From Camelus ferus (lineage: Eukaryota): a stretch of 64,000 nucleotides of DNA. Shown here piece after piece: positions 49,991-62,260 of this stretch (the stretch's first letter is position 1; each line of letters begins with the position of its first letter). A program made the position numbers and the translations under genes. Below the pieces are notes generated by a model. The model was not told the DNA's origin. It worked only from the letters and a program-made list of their open reading frames with translations, and made no database searches. The DNA lies in NCBI RefSeq assembly GCF_009834535.1, contig NC_045696.1:102300001-102364000 (forward strand). The letters run 5' to 3'.

Positions 49991-52183
49991 CATGTGACCA
50001 GCATGCTGCCTAGGAGTTAATGAGCATCCCATAGCTGGGGATTGTCAGTACTACCCATGTCATTCAAGTGGGCTGCTCCAGACAAAAATAGGAATTTTCT
50101 TACATTCCTTTCTATTAGTTTTCTTCAATGACTGTCTTGTCACTATCTTATCAGTAGGTACTATCAGCTATCAAAAATTACCTGTGCCTCTTGATGGATA
50201 GAATTCTGTAAGTCCTTATTGTTCTTAAGAAAAGAGAGAGAGAGAGAACTCCCCAGCACCTTTCTAACTAGTTTAGGGTGAACAGTTTTACTCTGCCAAC
50301 TGAGCCCCAGCATGCTGACCTGTTTGAAAGATGGTGACTCAGAAGCAACTCGCAAATGTTGCAAAATGTGTAGCAGTGACTTTTCAAATTTGACACCTTT
50401 GTTCGAGTAGAAATGGCCACAGAAAGGTTCAGGGAAAGATGGAAACTGAACTAGACACCCTGGTTTCCTTTTTGTGAACATATGATGAATAAATTTTAAG
50501 TCTAGATAACAGAGCATGGTACTCTGGGTCTCTCAGAAAACAGATCTGCATAACTCTAATGTCCATGAAAAGATCATAGATGTCCCACCATGGGGTTTGG
50601 AAATGGGGCCTTTGGTCCATGGCCAGGTTAGTTTGAGAAATGCTTCCATCTCGAAGATTTACATTGCTTATTTATAAATGAAGGAGTCCAAAAATTTCTG
50701 TATACGACAAACCTGTTTAACACTCTCGAACCCATCCTTTCCTGAACAATTGGCACAGAGTTTCCATCAACATCACGTGGCATACTAAGGAACAATGCTT
50801 AGGAAGCTGTACAGTGTTGGAAATCAGAGATCTTAGCCAATGAGAAGAGCCGCCAGTTGGGCTTTTAAATTTAGTGTGTCTCTGCTTCCACCGTTTTAGA
50901 CAGAGGACAAACGGCTGACTAGAAATGGACCACACGTAGCTTTCTTGCTTTCCCGTTTCAGCTGTGCGGGGTGGAACAGCATCATCTGCTGTCACATGTT
51001 TCAGAGAACAGACTGCAGCGTTTTGTGTTCAGTTATTTATCATTAACCATCAGTGGAGCTGTCTGGGAAGGGGCAAAAAAGTAAATAAAGTAAAATGAAA
51101 GACATCAACTGGGGTTCATGTAAAGGCTGGCTTTGGAGCAGTCAGTGGTTTGTCCCTGTCTTCCAGGCATCATGGTTTCTTGAGAATGTTCATGTTATTA
51201 CTGGACTGTGAGCTCCTTATACAATTTAGGAATGGAAACTGAGGGCCCAGACAAAACAATGCGGCTGATGTTCAGATATAAGTACTTTTAATGATAGAGA
51301 TCATTACAACCAATTGAAGCCTGGAATTTTCTTTTCTTAAAATACAAAATGGGATACACAGAAGAAGTAAAAATGTCACTGAATCTCCTTCTTACCACAC
51401 TGCAATGTTTATCATCTGTCTCTGAAGATCACAAAAAATTTTCACCTTTTTCTCTCTTTGTCACATTTTCATCCTCTACTCTCACATAAAAGCCCATCAA
51501 ATGCTGTCTCCTTTGTCCTTCCTAATTCCTTTTCTTCCTGCCTCCCGCTGTGGTCCTTTTGGAAAAAATAAAAGAAAAAAAAGAGTTGGAGGAGAGAGCG
51601 GCACGTTCATTTATTACAGACTTTCTAGCAGGAAACTTAAGAATCAAAGAGGGAAAATATCAAAAATTAACCATAGCCTTTGGTAGTGATTTATCCAAAA
51701 GAAAATGAATGAAAACTAGTTTAACAATTATTAGACTGTTATCATCCCTTTAGTCTTGACCTTTTGGTAAGTCCTAAATAAATACCATCCAAATTTGACA
51801 GAAGTAACTGCCAAATTCCCACAACTGCAATCTGACAGAAATATCATTCTTACTGGTGTCAAAAAAGTGGCATTTCTTAGCTGTTTAATAAAATAGGGAT
51901 TATTAAGAAAAGTAAATGTTGAATTATGCCACAGGAGCCTCATCCATATGGCAAGATCTATGAGCTAATTTGCTTGGCAGCTGCTTCACCACTTAGATGA
52001 AAATGCCTGTGTCTAGAAAGTCTTTTTAAAATGTGGTTAAGTTTAATTTGGTTTGACGTGTATTTTTATAGTTAAAATACAAAATATACTATTAGATACA
52101 CATTATATATTACTGTTTATAGTATATATCAATATTTATATTGATTACTTATCCAATGCCTTTTTTCTATTATCTCCCTCCAG

Positions 52184-52263
52184 GAAGCAAATGACTTGGA
52201 TAAAAGCACGACAAAAACGGAGAGTGCCTGGCTCTTCAGAATGTGGTACAGCTTTGACCACAA
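52184..52263 (+). CDS. SLC9A9: SLC9A9/NHE9 internal coding exon (human exon 14 equivalent), 80 bp, [26 protein letters not shown]+AA
   Basis: Acceptor ttttttctattatctccctccag|. Starts in phase 0, joining the previous exon in frame. Contains the NHE6/7/9 motif [13 protein letters not shown]. Donor |GTATCCTTT. Confidence 0.97.
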
Positions 52264-52272
52264 GTATCCTTT
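52264..52272 (+). other. SLC9A9: U12-type (minor spliceosome) 5' splice site GTATCCTTT
   Basis: Exact match to the U12 donor consensus RTATCCTTT at the point where NHE9 homology ends (..DH AA|). Confidence 0.92.
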
Positions 52273-53777
52273 TTGATAAAGATGATCTCCCAGATCCTGC
52301 TGCACAGCAGAGGCTAACATCCAGCACTTAACCCACGAGGTACGCACTCCTGCTCATCAAGAAACACAGAAAGGTAAAGCGAATTCACAGCCAAACTTAT
52401 CAAAAAGAGTGATTTCAAAAACTAAAAAGCTGTGTAATCCATACTTAGGTTTTACAAAGAGCGACAGTGAAATCTCTCAGAGTGAAATGAATTTGGTGCG
52501 TTCATGGCAATCTACTCTTTCCTAATGCCAGGTGATGAAATCATAGTCCTGAAAAACTGATCTCTTTGACTAATTTTACCGTTCGTCCCTTTGTAAAAAT
52601 CTTACTTCTGGCGGAGTTGGCCAGGGTGAAAAGTTCCTTCACCCTTCTCCCAGGAACCTATTTATGTGTTTTTGTTTCACGCTGTAAACAATGAAGTGGC
52701 TGGAGGGGGTAGAGGAGAGGACGAATGGCCCAAGGAGAAGAATGAGTCTGGTCACCACACTGTAAAATAATCCTACTTTGTTTTCCAGGAAACCCTTGAG
52801 TAAGCTTTTTCTAGTGAAGGGCAATTTTAAAGTTCTAGCAATCAGTGTCAACATAGTGGCTCGGATACACCTTGCCGTGTGACTCACAGGGCTGCGAAGT
52901 CAGGCCTGAAGGGCTTTGCCATTGTGAGCTGCAGTAAGCGGTCCAGCTCTAATCCCAGGCAAAAGCATTACAGAAGAAAGGAGAGAACTGTGCTGAAAAT
53001 TGAATGTGTTGGGTCTTTGTAGTTAGTTTTCCACAGTCACAAATCCCTCTCCTTTCCGGGAGAAAATGCCAGTCACTGGGTGATTTGAAAGCAGCTCAGC
53101 AATGATTAAAGCTCCATCAGTAGGAGAGGAAGAAGAATTAAGAACAGGGGGAAAGACATTCAAAGAATAAGATAAAGAGGAGGTAAAAGTGGAAAGGGGA
53201 CAGGAGGCAAGAGAAATATAAGAAATTCACAGCAGGAAGGAAAGGAAAGCAAATTAGAGGAATGACTGTAGGAAAAAAAAAATTAAGTAAGAATGAAGTG
53301 AAGCCAGCCAAAGATTGCAGAGATAAGCAAAAGTAAAACAAGCTTAAAATTAGAAAGCAATTCTGAAAAAGTAGAGCATTCCAAGAATTATGAAATGGAG
53401 ATGTGGAAGGTAGAGGTGTTTTGAGGCTACAGTTTTGCTTTTCCACACTAACGTTGTCTATGCACGAATACCTTGCTTTCCTCAATCCTGCGTTTTCACA
53501 GGCAGTGTAGGTTGCCACCATCTTAAAAGCGGTCCATCTTGGCCATTTATTGCCTCGTGGAGGTTCTGGTACCTCATTAGCCACCCAAAGCCTTCCTAGT
53601 CTCTTTGCAGGAAACTGCTTCTTAGCAGGTTATGCTGGTTTATGTTCCAGGTTGATTTCTCCTCTGGAAACACGATTTTCCCCTGCCACTGCTCAAAGTA
53701 TCTGATGACCAAATTTATAGGAAGTTATAAAAACTTGGCTAAAGGGTACATACAAAGGCTGCTTAGTTATGACAAGA

Positions 53778-54624
53778 TGTACAGTAAGAAACTGTCTTTG
53801 GGGGTTCCTGGACCAACTTGTGGAACGGGGGCTTCCCCACAGCCAAGCAATGCACCAGACACCAGCTCAGTGTCCTAAAATTCAACTCAATCCCTATGCT
53901 ATATACCTGGAGGAAGTATCAGATCTCACAGGAAAGGGCTCGGTCCCGCAAGACTTCCCCATCACCACCACCACCACCACCACCACCCCCCAGACACCAC
54001 TCACAGGCCCAGCTTGTTACGCATGCTTCTTACCGACCAGCTACAGGTTGGAGGTTCCCATGACCTTCTCCTTGGGTTTCATTAATTTGCTAGGAAAGTC
54101 ACAGAATTCAGAGAAATATTTTACTTACTAGATCACTGGTTTATTATAAAAGGATGTAACTCAGGAACAGCCAAGTGGAAGAGGTGCTTGGGGCGAGGTA
54201 TGGGGAAAGGGCTTGGAGCATCCATGCCCTCCTCAGTGCACCACTGTCCCCAAATCTCCACCTGTTCACTAACCTGGAAACTCTCCTAAACCCCATCCTT
54301 TGGGTTTTTATGGAGGCTTCATTGTATAGGCACAACTGATGAATCATTAATCATTGGTGATTGAATTCCATCTCCAGCCCCTCCCCTCTTCCCCAGAGGT
54401 AGGGAGGGCGGAGTCTGGTAGTTACAACCTTCTAATCATACAGTTGGTTCTCCTGGCAACCAGCCCCCAACCTACAGTGGGGTCCAAACATCACCATTAA
54501 CATCACAAAGGATGCCTTTGTTGTTTTCATCAATTAGAAAGTTCCAAGGGGGTTTAGGAGCTCTGTACCAAAGCAGGGGATGAAGACCAAATATGTATTT
54601 CTTGTTATAAATCACAACATCACA
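53778..54624 (-). mobile_element. MER21-type solo LTR
   Basis: Reverse complement begins tgtgatgttgtgatttataacaagaaatacatatttggtcttcatcccc..acagagctcctaaacccccttggaac. Internal tttattataaaaggatgtaactcaggaacagcc. Confidence 0.9.
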
Positions 54625-55396
54625 AAATGATAAATCAGAAATTAGGTAAAAAATATTTTTGTTCAAATTCTGACAATGTTGTGAGGAATGCTTTATGACG
54701 AAGTAAAGGACAAAATGGAAAAAAACAACTTGGAGACAAGAAAATGAAAGAGGGAACCCACCCAAATTTTTAGCTCAGAGCAGTTACACTAAATTCAGAT
54801 GATGTCATCGTTTTTGCCTCACATTTCATCAGGGGGTGATTTCCACATGATTATGGACAGACTAGCAAAAAATGAAAGCAGACTTACCCTCTCTGTAATA
54901 TCTCTTCTCACGGTAACTTGTCCTCCTGTGCATTCATTCTAAAAATTGCAGGGCTACCGTCACTGTGTAAATATATTTTTCACTTAGACAACAGAGTTTT
55001 TATATCCTAGTTATGCTCTGAATTCATACCCAGAGAATAGCAAACCAACCAGTTTCCGCTCTGTAACCTCTTGATTTATCTGTATTTTTAAAGACCAGTT
55101 ACCCTCTTGGCATTTATGTTTGTTCTGTTGTCCACCCAGAACTCAGGTGATGTGCCCCACGAGCCCCATGAGCAGACTGTGCCAGTCGCTATCAGTGTAG
55201 GGATGGTTCCCCCCACCCTGGGGTCAGGTTGCCCGGCCGGGGCAGAACAGAAATTGTCGTGAGACCAAAAGAAATGGATTATGCAGTTTGGAGCTGCTCA
55301 AGTTTCATTTTAGTAAAACTGCATCATGCAAATGAGGCATCAGAAAGAATTACTGACAAAAGAAAAAGAAGAATAAATAAGCCTTCATACATACCT

Positions 55397-55863
55397 TCAT
55401 TAGTCAGGATTCTCCAGAGAAACAGAAACAGAACCAGTAAGGGGTACGCACGTGCACACACGTACATTTATGTATACGTTTACCTAGACATACACACATA
55501 CAGATACCTACATATACACATAGATTTATTTTAAGGAACTGGCTTATGTGATTGTAGGGGTGGCAAGTCCAGGATTTGTAGGGCAGGCTCTCTGTCTAGA
55601 AACTCTCAGGCAGGAGCTGAGATGCTGCCATCTTGAGACCAAATTTCTTCTTCCTCAAGAAACCTCAGTTTTGCTCTTAAGTCCATTTAACTGATAGGAT
55701 GAGGCCCACCCACGTTACTGAGAATTATCTCCTTTATTTAAAGTCAGCTGACTGTAGATGTCATCCACACCTGCAAAATATCTGCACAGCAACACCTAGA
55801 TTAGGGTTTGACTGAATAACTAGGTAGCTTAGTCAAGTTAACACGTACAACTAAGCATCACCA
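55397..55863 (-). mobile_element. MLT2B-like ERVL solo LTR
   Basis: ttagtcaggattctccagagaaacagaa..atttattttaaggaactggcttatgtgattg..ggatgaggcccacccac..gtcaagttaacac. Confidence 0.9.
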
Positions 55864-56399
55864 TACTCCATTCACATTTAATTTATGCCCAAAATTCAGA
55901 CCCAAAGATAGAAGGATCCTCTTAATTCATCGCTGGTATCAGTAAAACAAGCCACTGTTGCTCATATAGTTTTTCTTGCCTTTTTTTTTTTCACTTTTTC
56001 ATAATGAACACGCATATACATTTCCATAATTTTTTCCAGAAACTACAGAAGAATACAAAGAATAAAAATTAACATTCCATGAGGACGAACAATGGCCAAG
56101 GACTGTATTGAGTACTTTACATTATAATTTTATTTCAGCTCCACAGCTCTGTAGGAGAGTGGGACAGTCTAAGAGTACAATGCAACCCAAATAGACTGCT
56201 GATTATGTCAGCCTCCAACAAAACAACCTGAGCTCTCCTGGTCAAGAACGCTGTTGGAAGCCTGTGGTGCCAAAATCGATGATTAACTAAGATTTCATTG
56301 TGGCTCCATATGCGCAGCACTTCTGAGTCATGCAGCGCAAAGTAGGAATTGAGAAGGGGGAGATGAGAAACGGAACTCGGTACTCAGTACCAACACTTT

Positions 56400-56580
56400 G
56401 CCATCGAAAACATTATTTCATTCAATCCTAATAGCCACCCTTTTTGTTTAATTCTCACAAACACTCTCTTTGAGGTGGAAGAAACAAAGTCTCCAAGAAC
56501 TTGAATAACTTCCTTAAGGTTCCATAGCTAGTGTCAATTCTGCAATTCAAGCCCAGATCTGTCTCACTGTGAAGTTCATA
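56400..56580 (-). mobile_element. MIR
   Basis: tttcattcaatcctaatagcc..aataacttccttaaggttccatagctag..ttcaagcccagatctgtct. Confidence 0.65.
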
Positions 56581-57039
56581 AATATACTTAAATGAACTTT
56601 ATCATCAACAGCTCTGTGTCTGTGATATCCTTCATCTACATGTAAAACCCCATCTCCATGTGTTCAGAATGTCACTGTTAAAGCAGTGACCGTTCTGACT
56701 GTTTACATTATATAGTGCAGAGCTCACATCTCAAAACATCTGTTGAAGATAAATGGTGTGATAAGTTTCAGGGTCCTGGTTGATCACCCTAAGAACATCA
56801 CCATAATGGAGTCTCCAAGTTTCTGAATTAGGTCCTCAGCTTTTCAGAGGCAGAAAGTTCTATATCCCAAAGACTCCAAGAATGGCCTAGTTTCATAGAG
56901 ATGGATGCACTTTTGCCAAACTCCAAAGAGGCACAAGTATAAACCAGACATCAAATTCCTAAATCATCACACATGTCCTTGTGGGGAGGAATGTTCTTTC
57001 CCAGCCCTTAGAAGGGTCAAGTCACAATCTGGTCCCTAC

Positions 57040-57478
57040 ATCCCTCCAGCATCCTCTCCAGCTCTTGCTCCCTGGCTCACTCTGCTCCAGCCACCTTGGC
57101 CTTGCTGAGATACCCCAAGCACGTTCCTGCGTTGTACTGGCTCCTCTTCCCTCTGCTCGGGGTGCTCTTCCCTCTGACATTTGTGTGCCTCCTTCCTTCA
57201 CCTTTTTCACCCAGTTTGGCAGTGAGAACTTCCTGGCTCCATATTTGCATTAGCAGCCCCAACAGGTGTGCTTCCTCACCTGTTCCCTGCTTCTTTTTTC
57301 ACCATTACACTTACTACCATCTCACACCTATGTACTTTATTTATTTGTTATAGTACTCTCCTCCAACCAGGATATATGCTTTCTGGGGACAGCAATTTGA
57401 GTCTGTACTCAGAACATACAACAGTGCTTAGCACAGAGTGGACACTCAATAAATATTTGTTGAGTGAATGAATGAATC
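57040..57478 (+). mobile_element. L2a 3' end
   Basis: ctcactctgctccagccaccttggccttgctg..acagtgcttagcacagagtggacactcaataaatatttgttgagtgaatgaatgaat. Confidence 0.9.
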
Positions 57479-58904
57479 AAGCAAGCAAGAAATATTTTCT
57501 ATCCAGGGAACCTTCATTCTAGACATTGATATAACAGAAAAATCCAATTAATTATCGGAAGGTTGCCAAGTGAGTCTGAAAGCAGAGCAAGGCAGAGCAG
57601 ATAATCTTAGTGTTTTCAACCAGGCTGCCTTTCAGTATATGAAAGGCACACCCCATGTAGACATTCACCCCCACTCCAGCCTCACTGTGTCTCTCCCTGG
57701 GCAGGGACAGCCACCACAGCAGACTTGGATCCCTGTTGCCTCACTGACCTCCTCGCTATGGTTGGTCCATCCTTCCTTAGGTTTAATTAGTACATCTGAT
57801 CTCATACATTCAAGCCTGGCTCTGGCTTAGCAGCCATTCTGTTTGGGTGACTGTATCTTCTCTCACCAATTGTGTTGATTTTATTTGTATACAGAACTCA
57901 GAATTTTATAATCACCTATCATCCTCACTGACAATTTCTTATAATGAGATAAGAAGCAGAAATTGATGCCCCCTTAGTCAGACTTTAAGACATCAGATCA
58001 AATGATTTGCTTAGATTCACAGTGTTACAGCTGGGGTGGGAATCATAGGTTGCCTTATTCATAGGTGACTCATGGACCTGCTGGACCGTCTGCTTCCTAT
58101 GGTCCCTCTCCATCCAGTCTATCATTTATCATCTCTCTCCTTCAGCATGTCTGTATATTCATCCTACAAATGTGAGTGACACAGGATAAGAATGACCTTT
58201 TCCAAAGCAGCCTAAAATCATTTTTAGCTGTCTACCGACATCAACTGAAAATAAGGAGTTATCCTGTGGTTGCCAACATTTTACTTAAGTGTAAAGAAAG
58301 CCCAGAGATAACAATGGATTGGCAAGATGACACAGTAGCAGAATTACATAAAGTCACATGGACGGAGAGTTTCTTCCCATCCCTGGTTTGAAATGGATTG
58401 CACTCTGAGATGTTACCAGCAAAATGAAAGGCCCATGGCAGATGTGTGGTTGCTGTAGCTTTTGAGTTTTCCATTAAAGAGTCCGGCAAGGAAAGTAGCA
58501 GATACCAGACCCCTTCCTATACCAAAGTGTGCCAGGCTGGGGCTGCATTCAGGAATCTCAGGGTCATTCAAAACGATACTTGGAACCAAGTATTTCATGG
58601 ATTTACAGGTAATGGCGTTATAGTCTTTTAAAAAACAAAAAGGAAAAAAAAAAACTCCTTTTTCCTAAAACTTGACAGAATTCATTATATCCCACACAGT
58701 CACACTCATTTTAGATCACAGGTATGAATATTGTGAGCAGCAATTTCCATTTTTAATGATGATCACTGCATTGCAGTTTTTTTCTTATTCTGAGTAGCAT
58801 CAGAGTAAGAAAAGCAGCTATGAATTATTTATTGGGTTGGTACTGTGGCCTTGTGAATGACTTGAGTTTACTTCACTAAAACCCTCAGAGGAGCAAGGAA
58901 TTGT

Positions 58905-59130
58905 AGCTCTGTGATTCCCATTTTATAAATGAGGCAACTGAGCCCAAAGGACAGAAAAGACACATCCAAGGTCAGTGATGGACTTGGAACCAGCATTCAT
59001 AATCAGCAAAGAGTGGGCTGTGTCCACCCGAAGAATCCTGGTTCAGGTAGCCCGTCCACTAAGCTCTGGCAGCATCAATATGTGTGTGATGCCGTTATTG
59101 TAAGTGTGCCTGGCATACGTCAGATAGTTT
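58905..59130 (-). mobile_element. MIR fragments
   Basis: cccattttataaatgaggcaactgagccca..ccaaggtca. Confidence 0.7.
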
Positions 59131-59214
59131 TACGGGATAGCTTCTTTGGTGGCACAGCAAAAGCTTCACCGGTCTGGAGGTAGGGAGCCAGAGGGCTAGC
59201 AGAGGATGTAACTT

Positions 59215-59330
59215 AAGATGCCTTTTGTTCAACTTGACTGAGCGCCTACTTTGTGCCAGACAATATACTAGGTACTGAGGGCCCAACAGCAAACAGGGAA
59301 GGAATGGTTGACTCTCATGAGGTCTTGCTT
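59215..59330 (-). mobile_element. L2 3' end fragment
   Basis: tgactgagcgcctactttgtgccagacaatatactaggtactgagg. Confidence 0.7.
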
Positions 59331-60574
59331 TTTTGACTCATTAAGTCATGGCCCCAAAACCCCTCGAAATGACAGGTGGTCCTTAGTGTAGGAAAGAGGA
59401 ACACTGGCATCACCGGAGTTTAGTGGGGGGACTCTTCAGGGAGACATAAATTAAAATCATTTGTAACCTTCCCTTGCAAAATGTAACCATATAACTCCAC
59501 AAGTTGTTTCAGAAAACACCAAAATTTCAAAATATTTGAAACAAACATAAGCAATCAGCTTTCTAAACACTCTCTCTAAAGACATCCCCAGTAGTATCCC
59601 AAATGAGGATTCCCATGGCGTTATAACTCCTTCCCTCCTGGAAAGCTGGCTGCAGGGAGGAGCTGAGCTTGTACTGGGCAGTAGTGAAGCCAGCACTCCC
59701 TCCCAGGTGGTTAATCCATTGAGTGTACAGCTTGGCTTTTGGTCATCCTTGTCCTCACAAATGCTGGTGTAGAAAGATCTTGTAGATAACCCTTGACTTA
59801 GCCACCTAAGTGAAATGAAATTGAAATTCACTAGAAGAAAACACTAGCTTCCTGGATCATTGTGTTTCTTGACTTTTTGGTGAGAACCAATGTAGGGGGA
59901 TGTTATTAGTACGTGGAAACATGAGCTGTCTTTTGTTCAAGTCATAACTAGGGTCTTCCATGATTTCTTCTTCTGTATAATGGGAATAATAAATACTATC
60001 TTCTGTATTGGCTAACTCCCCTGGAAAATTTGGCTAGTTATTAAAACAGCTTCCTACTGATGATAACTTGTTCACTTACCTCTCAGAGCTAAAGCATGAT
60101 TAAAACAGTTAAATAGTGCCATTTTCTCAAGACGCAATGGCGTAAATACATTGCAATTTCCATAACTGGACTAAAACTCTCCTGGAGTCTTGACAAGTGA
60201 GTACAGTCATGATATTGTGAATTGTTGCCCAGACACGTTGGGTCCCCCACTGTGAATGTGAAAAGTTGTGAGTCCCCAGATGATAACTGAGTTTTCCACA
60301 GTAATCCTAGGATTCTATGAGAGTTTGGGCCTCCCTAATTTGTTTTGCGTTTTTCCCCTGTAAAAGTTTTAATAATATTTCTATTAAATGAGAATGCTTA
60401 CTCATTTCATCTTCACAGTAAGCAAACAGTATGAAAATCTGGGTTTACCCAAACAAGAAATCAGAAGGTGGCTCTTCCTCTTCTAGAATGGATTCATAAA
60501 ATAAATTCCTTTAAAACTAATTTTTTAAAAATCTATTGAGGACTCTCTCATGGCAAAGCACTATTTTAGACTCT

Positions 60575-60700
60575 TATCTCTATGTATTTGTTTATTCAGC
60601 ACATGTTTATCATGAGCCTAGCATAAGCCATATTCTCTACTGGGCACTAGGGATGCAGCTGTTGACAGACTCTCCCAGAGCTTACATTCCAATCTGGTTC
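60575..60700 (-). mobile_element. L2 3' end fragment
   Basis: tttattcagcacatgtttatcatgagcct..ctgggcactagggatgcag..ccagagcttacattc. Confidence 0.7.
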
Positions 60701-60809
60701 TGTTTTTAAGTCTCTGATTTACAGATGTCTTTTCAGGAAATGACTGTGGTATAAAGAAAGATACACTTAGACAGCCCACTATTGGTTTTTAATCAAATAG
60801 AGGAAGGTC

Positions 60810-61010
60810 TGGCTCAGTGGTCCAGATTTACTGATTTGCTATTGCAGCCTACCCATTTCCTAGCTGTATAATTTTAGGAAAGTTACTTACCCTCTCTGAG
60901 CCTCAGTCTCTCACACAAGTCTCTACCTCTTAGGTTTGTTTTGAGAATTAAATGAGTTGACACAAAACACTTAGAAAAATGCTTGGTCATGTTAGCTCTA
61001 TTGTCACTAC
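60810..61010 (+). mobile_element. MIR
   Basis: ctagctgtataattttaggaaagttacttaccctctctgagcctcagtctc..tttgagaattaaatgag. Confidence 0.85.
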
Positions 61011-61622
61011 TACCTGTTGATGTCTGCTTCCCTTAAAGGGAGGCATCATGCAGTGTGTTTAGTATTTATTGTTATTTATTACCTCTGAGTGACCAAAGCA
61101 TGCATTGTCTGTATGCCTATAATAATTTGGAGTTGCAACAGCCGTATTTTAATACCATAAGAAAGTTTTCAGTCTCCATAAACAAAAGGTTCCATTTAGG
61201 CTATAAATCAGACAGAATTCTTCTAATTTGATCTTGAGTAAATGGCTGTAGCTAGGTGTTCAGCATTTCCTTTGTGACCCCTGTTCTGCACATATGATTG
61301 TTTCATCTATGAGTTTTCTAAGTTATAGTCCATCAGCCCATAGTTATCTTTCTGAAAATTACACCACAGATAGCAATTTTTGACTTGCTAGAGAAGTGCA
61401 GCAGTTTTTCTGTTCCACAATGGACGCGCTACAAGCCTTTGATGATAATTACTTCTCTTACACCTTCTTGTGATAAAGGAAATCTTTTAATTGCACCTTT
61501 CAGGCAAAGCCGTCGTATTTTATCATTAGCGATGTGATGGTATATTTGAAGATTTCTAGGTCAGTACGTATTGAATCATTTTATCAGAAATAAAGGAGAA
61601 GGAAAAAATGTTAAGACTGACA

Positions 61623-61625
<3 letters not shown>

Positions 61626-61655
<30 letters not shown>
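61626..61655. repeat. (TA)n microsatellite
   Basis: Directly visible. Confidence 0.95.
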
Positions 61656-61659
<4 letters not shown>

Positions 61660-61829
61660 TACCTGAATGTTGTTAGTTTTGAATTCAGTTTCAATATTTC
61701 TTCCCCAGGGGAAAAGAAGAGAATTTTGGGTAAGTGTTCTTTAACTGCTACTTGGTCACTCCTTCTCAAGAAGCCAAGGCATTTTCAGGCTGGCAACAAA
61801 TTCATGAGCTACCAGAGACACATTATCAG

Positions 61830-62260
61830 CAGGGACCGTGGCTGCCGGCCTCACGTGTTATCACCTGACAGGGAGACAGGGGCCGAGTCTGTCTCGTGGA
61901 CTGCGGTCCTCAGCCCTTGTCTGCATGTGAAGCTGTGGTAGACACAACACAAGGCACACGGGCAGACACGGCCTTGCGCTAATCAAAGTTCACTTCACGA
62001 GGTGGATGGTGATGACATAGCCTCAACGTCTGCCAAACCAAACCATAAATAAGAGCGGGCACAGAGATACATGCACTGGCAGTTAACGGGGGGGGAGGGG
62101 GGGGGCGGTTGTAGCAGAAACAACTGCTGCTCTTCCAGTCACGTGGGAAAGCGTCTGTGGAGGAATCGGGATTTCCCAACATGAAATTAAACAATGGGAA
62201 GGGAGGATGGGCGTTCTGAGCAGAGGGGGTAATGTGGAGGAAGTTTCCATGACGGGTGAG
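61830..62260. promoter_or_regulatory. Candidate intronic enhancer (CpG-retaining TF-motif cluster)
   Basis: About 19 CpG in ~430 bp by hand count. TCACGTG 61851-61857, GTCACGTG 62138-62145, GGGATTTCCC 62168-62177, GAGGAAGT 62237-62244, G8-A-G9 run 62088-62105. Motif evidence only. Confidence 0.45.

Noticed and set aside
50962-51080. Strong acceptor (tttcttgctttcccgtttcag) with open frame LCGVEQHHLL.. as a cassette exon
   Set aside because: There is no convincing donor and no similarity to NHE proteins.
53138-53584. 148 aa minus-strand ORF (MANEVPEPP..)
   Set aside because: It starts at a non-ATG codon, its C-terminal half is F/L-rich from a purine-rich tract, and it resembles no family I know.
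54880-54900. Strong minus-strand donors (e.g. 54885, 34100, 34635, 60075) as antisense lncRNA exons
   Set aside because: GTAAG motifs are expected by chance in 64 kb, and there are no paired acceptors or expression data.
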